64,000 bases of DNA from Bdellovibrionota bacterium FG-1 (GCA_051382295.1 JBBCAW010000005.1:32001-96000), one strand, 5' to 3'. Shown: positions 28,265 to 40,109, numbered from the stretch's first letter. Numbers and translations: made by a program. Notes: generated from the letters alone by a model not told the origin.

Positions 28265-29779
28265 CTAAATCCCCACGGTCCCTCTGCGTCCTTTATCTTG
28301 ATAGGTTTGGTGAATTCGTTCGAAGATATTGACGTTCTTATCGAGGAGCGAAATCGGGCCTTCGCCCGCGGGTCCACGACCGCCAAAGTCGGCAATGCCG
28401 TTGGGATTTTTTTGTGCGTCGTCTTTTTTCGGTAAAAACTGCGCCAGGAGTCCTGAGAGGTCGGGGCCTTTGTCGGGCGTGCCGCCGCCACCGCCGCCAG
28501 ACGCGTAGCCGCCACCTTCGTAGCCTGACCCTTTGGATGAATCCGCCATTTTGGCTTGAGGGTCGGCGTTATCGCCACCCGAAGCGGGTGCGGTTGAGGC
28601 GCCACCGTTGAAACCACCTCCACCTCCGCTGCCACCGCCGGGGGGGCCTGAGCTTGAAAATTTACCGGCTGCAGGTCCCGGGTCTATGCCAGTTTTTGGG
28701 ACGTCGGCGATCGGGCGTCCGAGGCTTCCGTTATCGGGAGTAAGAGGTGTGCTATCTTGCGCAGCTTGGACATCGCTCGTGCCAGCGCCGTTGAGTGACG
28801 TGGGCGCAGCGGGCGCGAGCGCATCGGCCGGGCCGACTTGTCTGGCGCCCATGGGTGCAAATGGACTAATGGTCGGCACTTGGTTTTCGAGAGCTTTGAG
28901 TTTGTCGGCGGTATCATCGAGTTGATTGGCGCTCATGATGTTAAAGCCTCCGGTCATCATCTGGGTTGCGCCTTGGATGATGGACATCATTCCACCGGCC
29001 ATGGCTTCTTTGGCCATTCCGCCTTGCTCGTCAGCGGCTTTGTTGGCGATGCGTTTAGTGTCCCTTTTCATCGCACCTTTCTTCATTTCAATTTCTTGAT
29101 TGCGGGCTGCTTCCTGCGCTTGTGCTTGAGATGGGCCTGGGACCACATCTGTTGTGATGTGGTATTTTTCGTTTAATTTAAAGTTTTTGACGATCCGATC
29201 GTTTACGCCGCCGTCAGTCGCTGCGCTCACAAAACCTTGGCCACCGAGTGAGCCATCACCAACTTGTGGACCCTTTTTTTCGGCTTTCAAGGCTTCTGCG
29301 CTTCCTCCTTTGATCTCTTTGGCGTTACCCTTATGGTCGGCATATTGAATCATTTGAACGAGGCCCAGGCCGGTATTGAGTCCGCCTGTGACGAGTTCGA
29401 TGTCGCCCGTGGTTCGTTGGGTAACTGCGGCGGCATGAAGTGTGGCGGATTGTGTTCCTCCTGCTGCTTGTGCGTTCATCTGTTGGGATTGCCCTACCGC
29501 TGCGGTTGAAATTTGACCTGCAGCTTGCGTGACGGCATTGGTGACTTTCGCGCCTTCGATCATGGCGCGTGTGCCACCACAGCCGTAGCGATCACCGTTA
29601 ATTCCAGCTGAAACTTTGCAATCGGAATCGTTTGTGCTGTATCCATCGGCTTCGTCCCATCCGCCGTCTCGTTCGAGTTTGGGAGTGATGGGTTTGTCCT
29701 CGGCGCGGGCCTCTCCCCCCATTCCCAATCCCACCATGAAGGTTAGCGCGAATACAAATCGTAGGCTGCGTGATTTCAT
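28265..29779 (-). CDS. Secreted Gly/Pro-rich hypothetical protein (paralog B)
   Basis: ARA signal peptide, Gly-rich helices, C-terminal DKNVNIFERIHQTY. Confidence 0.8.
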   Translation of the reverse strand: MKSRSLRFVFALTFMVGLGMGGEARAEDKPITPKLERDGGWDEADGYSTNDSDCKVSAGINGDRYGCGGTRAMIEGAKVTNAVTQAAGQISTAAVGQSQQMNAQAAGGTQSATLHAAAVTQRTTGDIELVTGGLNTGLGLVQMIQYADHKGNAKEIKGGSAEALKAEKKGPQVGDGSLGGQGFVSAATDGGVNDRIVKNFKLNEKYHITTDVVPGPSQAQAQEAARNQEIEMKKGAMKRDTKRIANKAADEQGGMAKEAMAGGMMSIIQGATQMMTGGFNIMSANQLDDTADKLKALENQVPTISPFAPMGARQVGPADALAPAAPTSLNGAGTSDVQAAQDSTPLTPDNGSLGRPIADVPKTGIDPGPAAGKFSSSGPPGGGSGGGGGFNGGASTAPASGGDNADPQAKMADSSKGSGYEGGGYASGGGGGGTPDKGPDLSGLLAQFLPKKDDAQKNPNGIADFGGRGPAGEGPISLLDKNVNIFERIHQTYQDKGRRGTVGI

Positions 29780-29838
29780 ATCTTCCCCCTAAACCACCCC
29801 AAGGCGACACACCTCAAAGGACGGTTTGTTACCTCTTG

Positions 29839-29867
29839 ATTGTCATCTGAATTTATGTCTGAGTCAA
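29839..29867 (-). promoter_or_regulatory. Putative sigma-70 promoter of paralog B
   Basis: TTGACT-N17-GACAAT. Confidence 0.55.
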
Positions 29868-29925
29868 TAAGTCAAGTAATAATCGGCAGCTTGTTTTCTA
29901 TAGCATTGATTTAAAAGGCAAAATT

Positions 29926-30026
29926 AGGAATTCTCGGCGAGGGTGTCGGGGACGGCCATCCAGGCCTCGGCCGCTCTTGTCGCATCCATGCGACGCGGAC
30001 GCCCCTCACCTCGCCGCAGAATTCCT
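29926..30026. repeat. Branched palindromic element (REP/MITE-like)
   Basis: Outer stem AGGAATTCT-CGGCGAG / CTCGCCG-c-AGAATTCCT with inner CATCCA-containing hairpins. Confidence 0.65.
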
Positions 30027-30299
30027 CGCGCCCGCCTGCGGCGAAGGAGCCCTTGCGGCATAAATACCTCACCTTTCGAGGCAAAGGGGTGGGCCGCTTC
30101 GGGCGCTTTTATTGGCTGGGCGGGCTTGCGAGTGGGATGATTAGGCAACCGCATCCCTTAGTTCGCTCCTGGATCGGAAACTTTTTTTCCGGGGTCTTCT
30201 TCTTGAAAGGCTGAGAGCTGATAGCTGACAACTCTAAATGAACCAAATCGGACAGCTCCCATCCATGAGAACACCGGTTGCGCTGCACCCGGAGCCTCC

Positions 30300-30452
30300 T
30301 CATTGATGATCTAGATAGAACAGAACCAACTTGGCTAAAAACCACAAAAACTGGGATAGAATTTTTTGAGTCCCTATTTTTTGCTTTAGTTTTTTAAGCC
30401 ATCGACGAAAAGAATAGTGTTCGGCCTTGCGACCGTTCTTCTTGTTTTTCAT
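30300..30452 (-). CDS. 50-aa cationic amphipathic peptide, copy 1
   Basis: AAAGGAGGT RBS; MKNKKNGRKAEHYSFRRWLKKLKQKIGTQKILSQFLWFLAKLVLFYLDHQ. Confidence 0.8.
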   Translation of the reverse strand: MKNKKNGRKAEHYSFRRWLKKLKQKIGTQKILSQFLWFLAKLVLFYLDHQ

Positions 30453-30523
30453 CGGGGTTACCTCCTTTCTTGTGAAAAGGGGGTAGCTCCATCTTTCCTG
30501 TCCGATTTGGCAGGGACCCATTG

Positions 30524-30540
30524 AGCAACTTCAGTGCCAG
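30524..30540 (-). promoter_or_regulatory. Sigma-54 promoter, unit 1
   Basis: CTGGCAC-TGAAG-TTGCT. Confidence 0.85.
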
Positions 30541-30728
30541 CGTTATCGCGATTTTCTCGATGTTTTTGCTGGAGTTTGGTTCGATACGCGGTGAGTGCGG
30601 CTGAAAGTCGGATCAGTGAATTGCAGTCTTCTTCAAAAGCTGAGTGCTAAGCGCTGATGGCTCTAAAAAAACCAAACCGGACAGCTCCCATCCATGAGAA
30701 CTCCAGTTGCGCTGCACCCCGAGCCTCC

Positions 30729-30881
30729 TCATTGATGATCTAGATAGAACAGAACCAACTTGGCTAAAAACCACAAAAACTGGGATAGAATTTTTTGAGT
30801 CCCTATTTTTTGCTTTAGTTTTTTAAGCCATCGACGAAAAGAATAATGTTCGGCCTTGCGACCGTTCTTCTTGTTCTTCAT
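30729..30881 (-). CDS. 50-aa cationic amphipathic peptide, copy 2
   Basis: Same protein as copy 1 with two synonymous changes. Confidence 0.8.
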   Translation of the reverse strand: MKNKKNGRKAEHYSFRRWLKKLKQKIGTQKILSQFLWFLAKLVLFYLDHQ

Positions 30882-30952
30882 CGGGGTTACCTCCTTTCTC
30901 ATTAAAAGGGGGTAGCTCCATCTTTCCTGTCCGATTTGGCAGGGACCCATAG

Positions 30953-30969
30953 AGCAAGGTTGGTGCCAG
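30953..30969 (-). promoter_or_regulatory. Sigma-54 promoter, unit 2
   Basis: CTGGCAC-CAACC-TTGCT. Confidence 0.85.
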
Positions 30970-31170
30970 ATTTATGTGCAACTTCCGGGGGTTTTTGCCT
31001 GGGGGTTGGTTCGATACGCGGTGGGATGGTCGAAAATCGGATCAAATGCTGAAGTGATCTTCTTCTTCGAAGGCTGAGAGCTAAGCGCTGATAGCTGATT
31101 GCTCTAGAAAAACCAAATCGGACAGCTCCCATCCATGAGAACTCCGGTTGCGCTGCACCCAGAGCACTCC

Positions 31171-31326
31171 TCACGGCTGTCTTAGATAGTAGGATATTGC
31201 ATCGGCTAGAATCACTAAAACCTTGGCTAAGACGTAGAGTCGCCAAGATTTCAATTTAAGTTTTTCCAGCCGAATCCGAGACGAATAATGTTCGTTGGTC
31301 TTACGACCAATTTGTTTATTCTTCAT
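31171..31326 (-). CDS. 51-aa cationic amphipathic peptide, copy 3 (divergent)
   Basis: AAAGGAGGT RBS; MKNKQIGRKTNEHYSSRIRLEKLKLKSWRLYVLAKVLVILADAISYYLRQP. Confidence 0.8.
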   Translation of the reverse strand: MKNKQIGRKTNEHYSSRIRLEKLKLKSWRLYVLAKVLVILADAISYYLRQP

Positions 31327-31397
31327 CGGGGTTACCTCCTTTCTTGTTAAAAGGGGGTAGCTCCATCTTTCCTGTCCGATTTGGCAGCGACCCATCG

Positions 31398-31414
31398 AGC
31401 AAAGTTGGTGCCAG
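31398..31414 (-). promoter_or_regulatory. Sigma-54 promoter, unit 3
   Basis: CTGGCAC-CAACT-TTGCT. Confidence 0.85.
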
Positions 31415-31570
31415 GTTTATGTGCAACTTCCTGGGGTTTTTGCTGGAGTTTGGTTCGATACCCGATGAGGATGGCCGAAAATCGGATCAGTGATGGGGTG
31501 AATAGGACAGAAAGCCGGGATGGCGTGTGGGTGTATTCTGAGTGGCATGGGCCCGCAAGCTCTGGTCGTT

Positions 31571-31676
31571 GAGCAGTATCTACTGCCGCGCGGAGGCAGC
31601 TCGTGGCGTTCACCCCGACCTCGGCGCAGTGTACTGCCGCGCGGAGGCAGCTCGTGGCACTCACTCCGAGCTGCTC
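31571..31676. repeat. REP-like doublet
   Basis: TACTGCCGCGCGGAGGCAGCTCGTGGC at 31581 and 31632, enclosed by GAGCAG/CTGCTC. Confidence 0.8.
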
Positions 31677-31737
31677 GCTTTAAAAAGTTGCTCTAAATGC
31701 AGACTTAGGTTTCACTACTGACGGGAGGTTTCCGAAA

Positions 31738-32115
31738 ATGGCAGCTCAAGTGGCCCCAAAAAGTGGCGAATTTCTGGATGGTAAGCTTTGGTTCGAGCGT
31801 AAGGGTAAGACCGTGACGCTTGGCATCACTAGTTTCGCCGTAGAGGAAGTCGGCGAGGTTCAGAGTATTGAATTTCCGGATGAGGGCACCGATTTTGTCA
31901 AAGGCGACACCGTGCTCACGGTTGAAGGCGCCAACGGAAAGCTCGAAGTCATTGCTCCGGCAACAGGGATTATTCAAGAGGTGAACGAAGCCGCTCGTGC
32001 GGAGCCGGACATGGTTTCGGATGATCCTCTCGAGGAAGGTTGGCTCATTAAACTTGAAATCGAAGACACCTCGGATCTCTCAGAGTTCCAAGCCGAAGAA
32101 GACGAAGAAAGCTGA
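31738..32115 (+). CDS. Glycine cleavage H-protein-like, lipoyl Lys absent
   Basis: TLGIT.FA.E.VG, APATG.I.EVN, DPLEEGWL; VEGAN in place of VESVK. Confidence 0.85.
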   Translation: MAAQVAPKSGEFLDGKLWFERKGKTVTLGITSFAVEEVGEVQSIEFPDEGTDFVKGDTVLTVEGANGKLEVIAPATGIIQEVNEAARAEPDMVSDDPLEEGWLIKLEIEDTSDLSEFQAEEDEES

Positions 32116-32125
32116 CGCGGGCGGG

Positions 32126-33331
32126 TTGCTCGCGAGTTTTCAGCCCGGCTTGGCCGAAGCGCTTTCGGTAGGGCATCAGCCTTTGGCCGAACTTGCGCCG
32201 CGCGACGAAGCTTTGTTTCGTGCTTTTCAGGCTAATTTACTTTCACTCATTTCGCATGAGCTTCGTACCCCGCTCATGGGCGTTTTAAACGCCCTTAGTC
32301 TGATCGAAGAGCGCAGCGGGCCCGAGCATGAGGCCGCCGAATGGGTTCGGATGGCGCGTGAAAATGCGCAGCGCCTTCAACGCGCACTTGCGGCGCTTCT
32401 GGATCTAGCTGCGATCGAAAGCGGGAGCTTTCACGCCCGACTCCGTGAGGTCGATTTAGGAAGAATCGCCCAAGGACGGCTGGATGCTTTTGGTGCCCAA
32501 TTTCCGGAGGCCAAGGGGCGGATCGAAGTGCTGCCAGGCGAACACAGTGATTCGGACTCGTCTCACGGGGGTCCCATTTTAGCGGATCCTCAAAAACTGG
32601 GGCGCGCCATCGATTTATGTTTTCAACTTTGGTTGTCCAAAGGAGCCTTGGGGCAGAACTTACAGCTTCGGATATCCTTTAGCTCCGTCCGCCTTTCCTT
32701 TGCTTTGCGCGATGATATCGCACCGCTCTGGGATGCGGCCTGGAGTCAGGCCTTGGCAGGGTTTCAAGGGGGCGTGGCTTCGCCGGGATCTGCGTTTTCT
32801 GGAGTCCTTCAGTCCGAGCGCGAGTTTTTGTCTCGAATGGAAGAAGGCCTTGGGAGCGAGTTTTTGCTGATCCACCAGATCATGCTTCTGCATCGAGGGG
32901 AGTTTATCGCTGCGCATGGGCCGAACCAGGATCATGAGCAGATCATTTTGACTCTCGAGCTGCCAGAGCTCGCGAGCGAAGAGGGCCTAAAGGCCGTCCT
33001 CGCATCAAGGGCTTACTCGGTTTCGACCGAGTTGGGTTCGGTGGCCCTCATTTTGATCGAAATTCCGTCGTCGGCGCACGAGTCCCAGGACGAATCGACC
33101 TGGGTGAATGAAATTCGAAAGCACCTCTTTCGCTCCTCCGACGCCGTTTATTGGCTCAAAAAGCGTCGGCAAGTGGCGCTGATTCTCGAGGATTGTCGAC
33201 CCGAGGATGCTCCGCGGCTGATGAGGCGGATCGAGGGTGGGAAGCCACTCAAATTTGGCGTTGCTCATTGTCCGGACGATGGACTTGATCCCTCGCTGCT
33301 TCTGCCTTTGGCTGAGGGGCGCATGCGGTGA
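32126..33331 (+). CDS. HisKA + degenerate HATPase + degenerate GGDEF-like protein (start uncertain, 31997-32150)
   Basis: SHELRTPL; eroded N/G boxes; RSSD-x5-KKRRQ; FGVAHCPDDG. Confidence 0.7.
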   Translation: MLASFQPGLAEALSVGHQPLAELAPRDEALFRAFQANLLSLISHELRTPLMGVLNALSLIEERSGPEHEAAEWVRMARENAQRLQRALAALLDLAAIESGSFHARLREVDLGRIAQGRLDAFGAQFPEAKGRIEVLPGEHSDSDSSHGGPILADPQKLGRAIDLCFQLWLSKGALGQNLQLRISFSSVRLSFALRDDIAPLWDAAWSQALAGFQGGVASPGSAFSGVLQSEREFLSRMEEGLGSEFLLIHQIMLLHRGEFIAAHGPNQDHEQIILTLELPELASEEGLKAVLASRAYSVSTELGSVALILIEIPSSAHESQDESTWVNEIRKHLFRSSDAVYWLKKRRQVALILEDCRPEDAPRLMRRIEGGKPLKFGVAHCPDDGLDPSLLLPLAEGRMR

Positions 33332-33951
33332 GTGTCGGGAAACCCGCGATGAAGTCCCAGGCAATGCGCTCTTTGCTCGTGGCGGGGCTTCTTCCGGTCA
33401 TCGCATTTACGTTGATCGAAGAATATTACGGCACCCTTGCTGGGCTGGTCGCCGGAATGGTTTTTGGGGTGGGCGAGATTCTTTACGAATGGCGGACGCA
33501 GGGGCGGGTGGACGCCATGACCTGGGGTGGGAACGGTTTATTGCTCACACTGGGAGCGGTTTCGCTTCTGACTGACCAAGGCGTTTGGTTTAAATTGCAG
33601 CCCTCGATCATGGAGGCTTTTATGGCCCTGGTTTTGGCGGGGTCGGTGATTTTAGGAAAGCCTCTGCTGACCGGCATGATCGAAAAACAGTTCAAGGCGC
33701 AAGGGCGTGAAATTCAAGGGCTTGCCCCTCAGTTTCGGCAGGGCTTAACAGGGATGACCTGGCGGATGGCCGTGTTTTTGGCATTGCATGCAGCTTTGGC
33801 CGGATGGGCGGCGCTGAGATGGTCGACCGCAGCCTGGGCGGCGCTCAAGGGGTTGGGGTTTACCTTGAGCTTTGTGCTTTACCTAGTGGTCGAAAGCCTT
33901 GTTTTAAGGTATAGACTCGCTTCCGGAAAACGCGAAAACCACTATGAATAA
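33328..33951 (+). CDS. IspZ/YciB-family inner membrane protein
   Basis: Multiple TM helices, WFKLQP motif. Confidence 0.75.
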   Translation: MSVGKPAMKSQAMRSLLVAGLLPVIAFTLIEEYYGTLAGLVAGMVFGVGEILYEWRTQGRVDAMTWGGNGLLLTLGAVSLLTDQGVWFKLQPSIMEAFMALVLAGSVILGKPLLTGMIEKQFKAQGREIQGLAPQFRQGLTGMTWRMAVFLALHAALAGWAALRWSTAAWAALKGLGFTLSFVLYLVVESLVLRYRLASGKRENHYE

Positions 33952-35355
33952 TGAGAAGTTACCAGAAAAATTTTTTATCCGCACCTTTGGCTGCCAAATG
34001 AACGTGTCTGACACTGAGCGGATGACCGCTCTGTTGGCCGAGCAGGGGATGGAGCCGACCGCAAAGGTCGATGAGGCCGCTTTGATTATTATTAACGGCT
34101 GTACCGTTCGTGAGAAGGCCGTACATAAGGCGGTTTCGACACTGGGCACTTATCAAGGGCTGCGTTTAGAAGGTAAAAAACCCCTCATCGGGGTGGGGGG
34201 CTGCGTGGGGCAGCTCGATAAAGCCGGATTGTTCAAGCGGGCACCTTACCTGGATTTTGTTTTTGGAACGGACACGATTGATAATCTTCCGGAGATTGTG
34301 CATCGCGTGCGTAATGGTGAGCGCCATATCGTGTACGCCGATTTTGACAAGTCGATGGATTATTCGACTGAAACCAAAGTTTTCGGTCAAAAAGCGCAGG
34401 CTTTTGTCAATATCATGAAGGGCTGCGATAAGTTTTGCACCTATTGCATTGTTCCGTTCACGCGCGGGCGTGAAAAATCCCGCACGATGAGTGAAGTGGT
34501 GGACGACGTTGCACGCTTAGTGGCGCAGGGGGTTCGCGAGGTGACCCTGCTCGGGCAAAACGTTAATTCGTACGGGAAGGACAAGCCGGGCGAAAAGTTT
34601 CCGGATCTTCTTCACGCAATCGATACAGATTCTCGATGTAGCAATTTGAAGCGGATTCGGTTTACCTCGAGTCATCCTTTGGACTTTAGCGATGAGCTGG
34701 TGGAATGCTATGAATCTCCTGAAAAGGGAGGCGTGGCGCGCCTCGCCACTCATTTGCATCTTCCCGTGCAAAGTGGAAATGACCGGGTCCTTCAGAAAAT
34801 GGGGCGACATCATAAAATTGAGACCTACATCGCACAGATGGATCGGCTTCGCGAAATCAACCCGGATATCGGGCTTTCGACGGATCTGATTGTGGGCTTT
34901 CCGACGGAAACCGACGAAGAATTCGAAGACACGCTCCGGCTTTTGGATCGAGTGCCTTACGACAATATTTATGCGTTTGCGTACTCGGAGCGGCCGGGGA
35001 CTCGCGCCGCCAAATTGCCGGATGATGTGCCGTTGAAAGTTAAAAATGAGCGCCTGAATCGCCTACTGAATTATCATGGTAAAATCGCCGAAAAAAGTTA
35101 TGCCGTTCGCATTGGCAAAACCCTGGAGATTTTGGTGGAGGGTGAGGCAAAAAATCAAAAACTCGCCGGTGGTAAAAACGCACCCACGGCCGGTCCTCGC
35201 GTTTGGACCGGACATACTTCGTGTAATCGCATCGTCAATTTTGCATGGGATAGTCCCCGGAGTTTGGTGGGACGTTTTGCGCACGTCAAAATCACCTCGG
35301 CCACGGCATTTTCGCTGCAGGGCGAACTTCAAGAGCAACGGTTAGGAGCGGACGA

Positions 35356-35359
<4 letters not shown>
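33944..35359 (+). CDS. miaB: tRNA methylthiotransferase
   Basis: TFGCQMN, CDKFCTYC, TRAM domain. Confidence 0.96.
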
Positions 35360-39076
<3,717 letters not shown>

Positions 39077-39104
39077 GGGGTTTAGAACGCTGGGGGCGCC
39101 GTTT

Positions 39105-40109
39105 TTAAAATTTAATCTTGCGAATAAAATGGCAGGTATACCCATGCGGATGGTGGGCTAGATACTTTTGATGGTCGTCTTCAGCTCTTACGAATGATTT
39201 GGCGGGTACGATCTGTGTGACGATCGGTTTGCCCCATTTTCCGGATTTTTCAACGCGTTTTTTGACGGTCTCCGCCACACGTTTTTGTTCTTCGTCGGCA
39301 TAAAAAATCGCTGATCGGTATTGGGTGCCGGTATCATTGCCCTGACGGTTGCTGGTGGTGGGGTCATGCATCTTGAAAAAGCGGAGTAAAATTTCCTCGT
39401 AACTCAGCCTTTTGGGGTCAAAAAGGATTTGAACCGATTCGGCATTGCCTGTATTACCCTTTTTGACCTCGTCATAGGTCGATTTGGCGGCATCACCGCC
39501 CGCGTAGCCTGCTTGGGTTTCGACGACTCCTGGGATCTGGCGGAGCAGGTCTTCCATTCCCCAAAAACAACCTCCCGCGAGAGTAGCGGTTTTCCACTGT
39601 TCCTTTTCAGCAAATGCAAAAAGATATTTTCCATATCCTTCGTCTTTCATCTGGGCTAACGGCACGAAACGGAGCGAAGCTGAATTCATGCAAAAACGTT
39701 TGCCGGTAGGCAAGGGGCCATCATCAAAAACATGGCCTAGGTGTGAGTCTGCCCGAGAAGAGCGGATTTCTGTCCGTTCTACACCGAGTTTGCGGTCGCT
39801 TTTAGTCTGAACTGCACCCGATTCGATCGGCCGAGTAAAGCTCGGCCAGCCGGTGCCGGAGTCGAATTTGTCCAACGAGCTAAAGAGGGGTTGCCCGCTG
39901 ATCACGTCGACGTAAATTCCGTCTTCATGCTGATCCCAGAATGGGTTTTCAAAGGGACGTTCGGTGCCTTCTTCTTGGGTACATTTGTATTGCTGCGGGG
40001 TCAGTTTTGCGCGAAGTTCCGTGGCGGTCGGCTTTTTGTAAGCGGGGGTATTGTTATCAGCCATGACGTTGAACACTCCCAGTACGATAAAAACGAGGTT
40101 AAGCAGCAT
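39105..40109 (-). CDS. msrAB: Methionine sulfoxide reductase MsrB-MsrA fusion, probably exported
   Basis: GTGWPSF and RFCMNS (MsrB); GGCFWG (MsrA); hydrophobic N-terminus. Confidence 0.93.
   Translation of the reverse strand: MLLNLVFIVLGVFNVMADNNTPAYKKPTATELRAKLTPQQYKCTQEEGTERPFENPFWDQHEDGIYVDVISGQPLFSSLDKFDSGTGWPSFTRPIESGAVQTKSDRKLGVERTEIRSSRADSHLGHVFDDGPLPTGKRFCMNSASLRFVPLAQMKDEGYGKYLFAFAEKEQWKTATLAGGCFWGMEDLLRQIPGVVETQAGYAGGDAAKSTYDEVKKGNTGNAESVQILFDPKRLSYEEILLRFFKMHDPTTSNRQGNDTGTQYRSAIFYADEEQKRVAETVKKRVEKSGKWGKPIVTQIVPAKSFVRAEDDHQKYLAHHPHGYTCHFIRKIKF

Larger units (their letters stand above)
30205..31492 (-). repeat. Tandem array of three ~430-440 bp units, each a sigma-54-driven small-peptide gene
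   Basis: Equivalent landmarks at 30243, 30672 and 31113 (periods 429 and 441 bp). Confidence 0.95.

Noticed and set aside
30243..31384. Array units as MITEs with 13-bp terminal inverted repeats
   Set aside because: Homology extends beyond the inverted repeats to the promoter and upstream motifs, no target duplications are visible, and the G-U-compatible change favours RNA pairing.
30300..31395. 73-74 aa versions of the array peptides starting MGPCQ/MGRCQ
   Set aside because: Those ATGs lie between the -12 box and the predicted +1 and have no RBS. The downstream ATG has AAAGGAGGT.
30578..31463. GGTTCGATAC in each unit as a tRNA T-loop
   Set aside because: No T stem, acceptor stem or anticodon arm can be formed around it.
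25436..31700. Classical tRNA-integrated genomic island
   Set aside because: The accessory block lies 5' of the tRNA, with no integrase and no duplicated tRNA 3' end.
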